A DNA stretch of 63,742 nt from Amphiscolops sp. MND2022 (lineage: Eukaryota): contig CAXLNC010001113.1 of assembly GCA_964187785.1 (NCBI GenBank), forward strand, positions 124,001 through 187,742, written 5' to 3'. The notes under the pieces were generated by a model that was given only the letters and a program-made list of their open reading frames with translations, was not told the DNA's origin and did not search any database. This document shows, piece by piece, positions 10,412 to 19,181 of the stretch. The stretch's first letter is position 1; every line of letters starts with the position of its first letter. The position numbers and the translations under genes are program-made.

Positions 10412-13400
10412 ATGGCAGAAGGGTCTGGTCACCTTCCAAATCCCGCAATGGGCAGAGACCTCGTGGCTGGCCATATTCACAAAGACCGTTATGGTCGCAG
10501 CCCGGCACCAGCATCGAGCCATCGCCCTGTAGGGAGAAAAAGAGTCCAAGCATCAGCAGATAGATCTCCTAAGCGGGTAGAACCTCCAGAATTGCCCAGG
10601 TTGAGAGCCCTAGAGGCACAAGCAGCAGCAATCCCTATCTCTAGTTCCGCGGCATCCTCCACCTCTCCCAGAAGCGGATCTTCTCGTGTCAATCCATACC
10701 CAATTGGGGAGGCTACCGAGAGCTCACCCTTGAGATTGTGCCCTCTGTGGCTACCCAAGCTACCCAATCTTGGGAACAGGGAGGATCATTGGATTTGACC
10801 CCGATAAGGAACGAGACTAGCCCTACCACTCCTTCCAATAAAACCATACAGGTTATGAGCCCAAACCTGGGTCAGGGATTGGCATCAGGTTCGACTCAGG
10901 TTGAAGAGGGAGAGATAGAGATGGATACCGCAATGGCCAGAGCTATTCTTCAGTCATGGTCGGAGACAAGGGCTGAAGATGGAACAGTGCAGAGAACATA
11001 CACTCAGTGTGCTCGTGAATGGCCTCTGTCAGAAACGGATTGAAGCTGCACTAAATGTTCTGAAGCGTGCTTGTGAGTATCTCCATGAAGGCATGATGCA
11101 GATGGGAAAGACAGTTGAACAGAAGGCCAATATTCCCAGTGTGGAGGCCGCTGTCAGAGAACTTGCTCATCACACTCAAGAGGTCCGTAATGGAGTGCAA
11201 CGAACAGTGACTCGCCAGACTGAGTTCTCCAACAGGCTGGACAGCATGACAGAGCACAATCAGGAAGCTCGTGGTCGTATGGAGGCATTGTCAGCCCAGG
11301 GTGATCAAGGAGGACGAGAACACATGGCCCTCGCTGTGGAGTATAGGCACTCAATAGACGAGACTCAACGAAAGGTGATTCAGTTGGGGAGCCTTATGGA
11401 ACATTCCCAAGTGGACACTCAGAGACTCGACAAGGGTCTGACTGATCTACGAGAAAATGTCTTCAATAATAGTGTGGCTATTGATCACCTAAAGGAGGAC
11501 ACGCAGCGCGAAGTAGCGAAGCTGAGTACCCTGAGTGGTCAAGCAACAGACATGTCAGTCTATCAACGGCATGCTGCCAGTCACGATCAAGCGCTTACTC
11601 AGTGCCGTACTCAGCTGACAACTCAGGCGCAGCGACTCGATGAAAGTGAACAACACCTTCGGCGTCTCCAACAGGAAGTGGCAGGCTTGACGGGTGAGCC
11701 GACTCCTCGAGTGGAGCAGGGCATCCCGAATCGAGATCCAGAGTTGGCCATCCGCCTGTCACAGCTGGAGGAAGGATTGAAGACTCAGCAAAGGGCGATG
11801 AAGCAGCTCAAAAGGGACAATGCTGAAGACGCCAAGGAGGTGAAGCAGTACCTAGACCAGGTACATGACCTTCTCACTACGACCCTCGAGGCAGTTGGCT
11901 CTACAACCTCCGAGCGGGCTACAGGAGGGATGACGAGGTTGTCCAAGGTGGCCAAAAGAGGAGATTTTAGAGTTGACGTGGAAGACAGTGACTTCTGCAA
12001 GGTGGGAGAGATTGTCCTTATTGGGGGTCAGGAGGCGAGAACAGTCATGGGTAAGAGTAGCCTTATCTTCAAAGTGCCACTGGATGGGGAATATCCCGAA
12101 GGAACGACTGTGAGAACCCTGCGGGAGAATGAATTTCTTCAGCTGGACGGTGAGAATGTGTATGTCTATGCGCAGGATTCAGAGGGACAGAGTCATATGG
12201 TGTGTGGTGTGGACTTGATGCATCGAGCACCCCCTGAGTGGGCAGAAGAAAGGGATGATGTCCAGGACCAAGTCTATTCAGATGACCTGGATCAACGGGT
12301 CCAGAGGGCCGTAGACGCTAGAATGGCGACTCCGAGGCCAGTTGTCTCGGGAGCAGGAGGACCGATGGTACCACCATGGACAGCATCCCATGCCCATGAA
12401 TGGAGTGCCTCGAATGGCCAGACAAAAATTCCTGTGTTGCCTTCTTTTGGAAAGAAGGAGGAAGGTGAGCCAGCGCAGGAACAAGGAGCATCTTATCAAG
12501 GCTGTGTCAAGCAAGAGGAGGATGTTAAGTTCGAGTCCCTGGATGACTACTTCTGCAGAGGAATGGACTCATCAGGACCAGCTTCATGGGATAAAATCCT
12601 TCGAGAAATGGAGCAGAATTCCCTTGAAGACGTGGGCACCATGAATTATCGAGAAGGAGTACGAGAAGAGAAATGGGGAATGTTGGACTTGAAGAGTATA
12701 CAGTTCCCAAAGGTGACCGCTCAATCGGTCAAAAGGGCGACCTTACTGCAGTACTTTGAGGTGGACTTTATCCGAGCTATGGGTATTATCAGCCCTGCAG
12801 CGGCCACCTATGCCAAAGCAGTGATTGCTGGTGTCCACAGAGATCTTCCTGTCTATCGCAAGCGAGATATGAGCACGACTGTCCGCGACTGGACCGGGAA
12901 GATGGTTGAAGAACTGTGGCATACACGCGCTGAAGCAGCGGTGAACTTAGCTTTACAGACAGCAGGGGTATCAGCAGAATCCTTGGAGATGGCGCGAATG
13001 CTAAGGCATGACCCACCAGTGAGGTTGATATTGATGACGGCTTATCATCGGCTGCTGCCCTATCAGTCTAGAGAAGAGGAAGAATTGCAGCAATATGTGA
13101 GGGAACCCCAGGTGGGCGATCAAGGAGCAGTGTCTACTTTTCAGAAGCTTCAGGCATGGAAGAGTGCTGGTCGTCGCTTAAGGCAGATGGGAGGTATGCT
13201 GCCCGGTATTCCTGCCTTGATGACTGCCTTTGACAAGATTTTAGCGGCCTTCAACATTCACAATCAGAGAGGGAATTGGTTCTACCAGACGGAGAGGAAC
13301 CTTCTTCCCATGGTGGACGCGACTCCAGGCCAAGCTGCATTCTTCTTCCACACCGTCGAGGTCAACTTGAACCAGGTCACGACAATGGTGAGCTATCTCC

Positions 13401-13658
13401 CACCTTCTGCTGCGAAAATCCATGCTGTGGATGCAAAGCCCAAGGCAAAGCCTAAGCCAAGGGCAAAGGCTAATAGCTCAGGGGGGGGGAACATCTGCTC
13501 CCACGAGCCCACCGCCTTCCTCTCCAGTGAAGACGGAAGGTCCGATTCCAAAACCTAATGCCCAGGTGGCCGAAAAGGGAGGCTCACCCGGAAAAGGTAA
13601 GAGCAAGGGAGCGGGATCAAGCACTGATAGACCGCCAGTGAACAAGAAGGGCCAACAG
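10412..13658 (+). CDS. Gag-like protein with Ser/Pro-rich N-terminus, long coiled coil (~11100-11900) and conserved core; frameshifts near 10735, 11030 and 13485
   Basis: ORFs 10412..10798, 10738..11043 and 10979..13558 together match the single copy C ORF; position upstream of the zinc finger and protease. Confidence 0.75.
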
Positions 13659-13715
13659 TGCATTCGGTTCTACCGAGGAACTTGCTCACGAGGTGACCAA
13701 TGTCAGTATGGACAT
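13659..13715 (+). other. CCCH zinc finger (C-x7-C-x5-C-x3-H) at the nucleocapsid position
   Basis: CIRFYRGTCSRGDQCQYGH, conserved in all three copies. Confidence 0.85.
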
Positions 13716-13869
13716 ATTCTTGGGACAGATGGAAAGCCCTTGAAGATCGCTCCGGAATTGCTGGAAAGGTATGACCGGCATTCAGCAGCGAGACGGGAGG
13801 GCAAGAAGCCAGAGACGACCGTGACGGCACAGATGCTTATGCTGAACGCCATTGAGCAAGCCGACTCTT

Positions 13870-14190
13870 GTTGCTTCTGCCTGCTGGATACTGGCGCGAA
13901 TGCCTTGGTACTTCCTCGTAAGGGAGAGATGTCTGGTACTGAAGCTCATTGCACTGTCCCGGGTGGCACCATGGTTCCCGGAACAGTTGTCCAGACACTC
14001 CGGTATGGGGAGGATGACTATCACGTTGTGGCTATTGAGGGTGCGTCTCCACTGATGCCACTATCATGGCTGATCTTGTTGGCAGGATGGTCCTACATGC
14101 CAGTGGTGAAGGATGGGAAAATGGAGGTGACGATCGCATCCCCGAGGGGACTGTCTGTGACGCTTGTCGAGCGTTCAAAGATGCATTATA
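13870..14190 (+). CDS. Retropepsin-like aspartic protease domain
   Basis: CLLDTGANALV, with the catalytic DTG starting at 13887. Confidence 0.88.
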
Positions 14191-14399
14191 TCGACAAGGC
14201 CACCTTCTTCAATGTCCTTCAGGACGCTTGGAAGCGTTGTAAGGCCTCGGATGGCATGGACTATGACCAGCTCAAGAGAGCCCTGTCAATGGAGACGCCC
14301 CATGTGGCAAGTGCAGTGAAGATGGAGCGACCCTCCTCTATCCGTTTCTTGGACATGAACATGAGCCGCAAGGGCTATATGAGGAGGATTGTGGATCTC

Positions 14400-14870
14400 C
14401 AAAGAACAATCGAGTCTATGACTTGGCCAAGTCAGAACAATAGGCCAGGACATGGCCTCTTCTTGGGAGCACCAATAGGGGATATGAGAAAGGATGTGTT
14501 TCCAAGAAGACCTTTGACGCGCAGTATACGCAGATCTTGCGGAGGGTACGTGCGCTGGCCAGATGTTGCCAAAAGACAATCCAGTATATGGGCGTATATC
14601 TGACAAAGTTGGAGTCTGGTCAAGGACTTAATCAGCACAGGGACTTCCGCAACCACGAGAAGTATCTCAACTACACCATCAACTTCGGTCACTATACGGG
14701 TGGACACTTAGAGGTGCTTCGTGACGATGATTGGGAGTCCTGTGCGGCACCGTTGATCTGGGTTGAGTTCACGGCGGACATCATCAAGCATCGGGTAAGA
14801 GAGGTGACTTCAGGTGTGCGATATTCAGTGACCCTGTTTACTCCAAACCACCTGGAGAGGCTGTCCGATG
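14400..14870 (+). CDS. 2OG-Fe(II) dioxygenase domain (TET/JBP-like motif pattern)
   Basis: HRDFRN (14636), FGHYTGGHLEV, KHRV (His at 14789), RYSVTLF (14819); all conserved in copies A and C. Confidence 0.82.
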
Positions 14871-15169
14871 ATGAGGATGAATCTTGAATCGTTTGGTTTC
14901 CCAGTGGACCAGTATGCTGAAAGGAAGACCACCAGTGTCTCTGCCGTGAAAGGCCCCACCGTTGAAGAACTTGACACTTCCGGTGAGGTGGAGATTCCCT
15001 CGACAGCGAGGATTGAGGAGATCCTAGAGAACTCCGAAGAAGCGCTCACTGTCCAAGCGGTGGAGAAGCAAGTCAGAGCTCTATCAGATCCATTGGACTC
15101 CCTGAGTGGTCAGGTGCCACGACCAAGCGCATCTGAGAATCGATCTTCGCGGCTGACTTTGGAGACATG

Positions 15170-15620
15170 TGCCTTGATGACACGGGACTTCAATACCGCG
15201 ATGGGTCTGCCGAAGGGCGAACTTCCTCAGTGCGTGGGTCAAGACAGGGGTTCCGTATATGGACAAATGCTGCGTGAAGAAGTTCAAGAAGTGGAAGAGG
15301 CCGTAGCACGAGGCATTCTTCATGAAGTGCTGGCCGAGTCCGTTGATGTCCTTTACCTTGTGTTCAACTTGCTGCAGGAGTGCGGCCTTGAGAGAGCTGT
15401 TGATCCAGCCTTCTCGCTGAAGCACGAAGACAACATGAAGAAGCAGCATGAGACAGTGACGCACCTGGCTTGTACCAGGAACGCATATGCTCAGTCTACT
15501 GGGAAGTCTGAAAAGGAGTTGGCGTTCACTGTCTCCAGAACTGAAGGAGGTAAGTGGCTCTTGTACTCCCAGGGCAAGCTGATCAAGCCTCATGACTATG
15601 TCTCGAGTGACTTTGACTCC
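15170..15620 (+). CDS. All-alpha MazG/DR2231-like NTP pyrophosphatase (dUTPase-like) domain
   Basis: EEVQE-x15-ESVDVLY (ExxE..ExxD), KHEDNMKK, GKLIKPHDY. Confidence 0.78.
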
Positions 15621-15799
15621 GTTGTTAGGATGCTCGCAGATGAGGAGTCCGTGAATGGACAAGAGAATGCGCAGAAGGCTCACTCATCAGGACCTCACAC
15701 CACTCAGTATACTTTCGCAAGTGTGGGTGTCCAAGTGGCCGCTGCCTCCATTGACTCCTCGCAGCGCACCTCAGGTGGTGGACAAAATCACCATGGATG

Positions 15800-16260
15800 G
15801 CAACCAGCATTGATGACTTCTTTCATGTGGTTAGCCAACGTCACTGGTGAGTTCATCTACCAAATGGGTGAAGACATCACTACAGTCCCCAAGCGGGCCA
15901 GGCCACGGTTGGTGGATGACCCTTTGGGAATGATGGAACAGGCACTTGTTGATTTGCGAGTCGCATGGGGTATGCATGATAGCTCAGCCATGTTGAGACA
16001 TCTCACTGTGTTGACCTACTTTGCGGTCCAGATGACTACTAGTCTCCATCTACACCCTTACCTTTCATCGACTTTCCTGTGGATCCACGAGTGGCAAATG
16101 GGGAAGATCTATGAGGACTTTGCTCCAGCAGAGAGCGCCTGGGAGATGATGCAGAATCTTACTATGAAAGAGATCCGAAATGGCTATGTCCTTGTGAACA
16201 GCGATTCCAGGGTCTTGGGTGACGACATTCTGGAGGAGAAAGCAGATGTGGTGTTGACCA
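15800..16260 (+). CDS. Degenerate second MazG-like repeat lacking the acidic metal ligands
   Basis: EQALVDLRVA / LTYFAV / FLWIHEWQMGK / GYVLVNSDSRVLG parallel EEVQEVEEA / VLYLVF / FSLKHEDNMKK / GKWLLYSQGKLIK. Confidence 0.5.
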
Positions 16261-16403
16261 TACCTGTTGAGAATCTGCTCATGTTGGTCCCCTACAAGAC
16301 TCATCTGCCGTTTGTGGGTATGACAAGTATTGGACAGTCGCCCTTAGTGGCAGAGGACATGGCTCACAAGGCCAACTCCACGGAGTTGGTGTCCCCTTCT
16401 CTA

Positions 16404-16445
16404 TGACAAGTACGGGCCCTCCTTAGGTCTCCTGAGGAGGTGCCC
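16404..16445 (+). promoter_or_regulatory. Putative stop-codon readthrough signal: TGA-CAAGTA, 7-nt spacer, hairpin 16414-16445
   Basis: Upstream and downstream ORFs are in the same frame; an identical arrangement is present in copy C. Confidence 0.8.
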
Positions 16446-16454
16446 TTTGATGCA

Positions 16455-16583
16455 TGCGCAGTGTGCTTTCGCCCATGTGCCCTCTGTGGCCCGAAGCATT
16501 GCATGCTGTGTTACCGTCGAATTCACCCATGGTGTGCCACGTCCCCACATGACGATGCACATCCCATTGTGTGCAGATTTTGC
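16455..16583 (+). other. PHD-like zinc finger with an extra CxxC, N-terminal to the integrase
   Basis: CAVC..CALC..CMLC-x4-H-x2-C-x12-CRFC. Confidence 0.7.
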
Positions 16584-16899
16584 GCCTCTTCCCCTGGTGG
16601 ACGTACTCATTTTCAGGTGCACAATGTTCAGATGAGACAGCGCTTTGTGATCTCTGGGTGCGCTACAGCCATGCCTGAGGTGCTTGAAGAACCCGCCATC
16701 ACGGTGCACTCCTCCGACAAGGACATTGCCAGTGGAGATGAGCATCCCTCTGTGGAAGAGCTACCTGCTGCACGGTGCAATCCAGTTCCCTTAGTGGACC
16801 GAATGGTGTGCGTCCAGGCACATAGGTCAAGCCAGACTGCACCTTTTATAGTTCCGGATATTCACCGTGTTCTTGAAGGAACAGGCATGTTGGAGTGCC

Positions 16900-17750
16900 C
16901 AGACCACAAATTGGACCATGGTGTTCCGGATCCTAAATGTGACTATTGTAAAAGAGCTCTGGGTCCCTTATACAGACATTCGGCCCTGAAGGAGTCAAGG
17001 GAGATTCCGATCCTCACATTTGATTTCTCAGGACCGCACCCCTCCACAGTGCATCCTGCCAAGCAATTGATGGTTATTGTTTGGTGCCTGAGGGAGGTGC
17101 GACTGATTTGGGCAATGGGCGTAGAAAATAGAGATGATCCCCATGTGGTCGCCGGATTACAGGTTGCTCTTGATGATTTGTCCAGCTTAACCGGAGGTTG
17201 CCGAGCACCTGTCCTGCGTCTTCATTCCGACAAAGCAAAGGAGTTCCTTGCGACAAGTGTGCGAAAATTGTTGCGTTCTCATGGCACACGCCAGACCACC
17301 AATTCCGGGTACGATCCTGCCGCAAATGGCATAGCTGAGCGATGGGTAGGTATTATCAAGGTCCGTGCAACGGCACTGCTGGCAGAGCATCGACTTCCTC
17401 CGGACTATTGGACATATGCCTGCAAATGGGTTGCCTATGTGCACAACCATCGTGTTCTGAGCATTCAGCTTAATGCCAGTTATCCACTTTTTGGAGATGT
17501 GGTGGTCGTACATCGTTTCTTGAAGAAACCACCGAGCTTTGAGGATCGTGGGATCACTGGAGTTTGTTTAGGACGCAATCCGTTAGTTTCTGGAGGGGTG
17601 ACAGTGGGAACGGTCTCGGATGGCCTTTTTAATGTGATTGTCACTGCCAAGGTCCGAAAATTGGGGGAGCGTCGTCCTCAGCGATGGAAGCTTCATGTGC
17701 ATCCTACGGAGCCTCGAGCGGCCGCCTATGTGCGCAATGATGGGGAGATC
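16900..17750 (+). CDS. Integrase (HHCC plus DDE core)
   Basis: DHKLDHGVPDPKCDYC; TFDFSGP; LHSDKAKEF; NGIAERWVGIIK. Confidence 0.92.
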
Positions 17751-19181
17751 CGATGGAACCTGAACGACTTAGACGTGGCCACTGTGGAAGAACTGGAACC
17801 AGAAGGTGCCGTTGAAGTGCAAAATCTCCGTTCTCTCGGAATGGGCTGGGCATGGTATGTGAATGACCTCAGCAAATATCTTCCGGATGCGGAGACTCTA
17901 GCCGCAATGGCCCCCACAGATGACGATGTCGTGGGTGTGGATCATGATGTCCCATTGAGTGAGATTGCTCTGGAACCTGAGAGGGTGGATGTGCCCGTTG
18001 AGATCGACCCTTATACAACTCCACTACCTTTTCCTCATGCCGCGCCTGGCCCAGCTGAATATGAGACACTTGCCGGTATGGCACCAGATTTGCTTCCTCG
18101 TTCACAAGATGTGGATCTGGTCGTGGCGGCAATGGATATTCCTCTAGCACCAGCTCTACGTGCTCACTTGAAGTCATGGACGCGCGAAGACCTGAATGTA
18201 CGAGTGTTTCAAGGTGTTCGTCGTGGAGGACCTCCTTCTCACCGCGTCTGGTGTCGTGAGACATATGAGATGAATACTGGCAAGCTCATTGCGCGGGAGT
18301 TCTACAATCCTGATCAATCTTCTTTGGTTCGTTTGCCCACACCGGCACTTCCAGATTGTACACCGATGAATGCCGACCGTCGATCGATTCGCAGTATCTT
18401 CTGGTATTCTGAGACTGATGTCTTGCCCTCCCACCTCTCCCGACTTGTTCCTGGCCGTGTTCTGGCTTCTGCGGCTCCTGCGGGCGGACCTCGCCTACCC
18501 ACCTCGGTCCGGGGGGAGGGTGGTGAGCCGCATATGGCATATGATGCTCAGAGCCAGCAACGTCAGGACTTGACGCCAGATTCCGGGGGAGCCTCAGCGA
18601 AAGGGCAAGAGTCTCCTACCGAAGCTGGAAGCGGGGGAGCTGTGGGCCTCGACCAAGAAGAAGTTCTCTCACAAGATAGCTTTGAGACTGCCATTTCTCA
18701 GGGCTACCGAACAGAGGATGAAGAGGGAAATTGGGATTCCTCCGTTTCCTTGGTGCACCTCGGGTGGTTGAACGTAGAGCTGAAGTCTGACGACTGGGTC
18801 AAGGTAATGGATCAGCCACCGGTCCGAATCATGAAAATCACAATGGATGAGGATAAGAACCGCAAGAACACGAAGAAATTTGTGGTTGAGGAGAATGACC
18901 AAGGAACCTCGGTAAAGACCTATTGTGTTACTGGTCTCGATACGAGTAAGCAACTGGAACTGGTGGAGGCATCGTTTCAGTTGAGATGCAGGATCTTCGA
19001 ATTCAATGCGGTGTCCTTTGCGGCCATTCCTTTGGAACTGGTGCCCCTAGAGGTCGACTATGTTGATGCGTTGTCAAAGCAAGACGTACCGGACTATTTT
19101 GCTGGGCCGTCAATGGCTAAGACACTGACACAAGAGACCCGGGTGGTATTTGGACCGGAAAAGGGGGAGTAGAAAGCAGCA

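Noticed and set aside
13481-13490. G9 run as a programmed gag/pol frameshift
   Set aside because: Copies A and C read through the equivalent codons in frame; likely a homopolymer-length error or decay
15084-15683. Antisense ORFs over the elements (also 1236..1778, 25509..26030, 48606..49115, 55867..56199)
   Set aside because: No motifs, inconsistent boundaries between copies; expected shadows of coding sequence
19170-19172. TAG before the RT as a second readthrough site
   Set aside because: Copy C has TGG (EEWKAA); a copy-specific nonsense change without the CAA context
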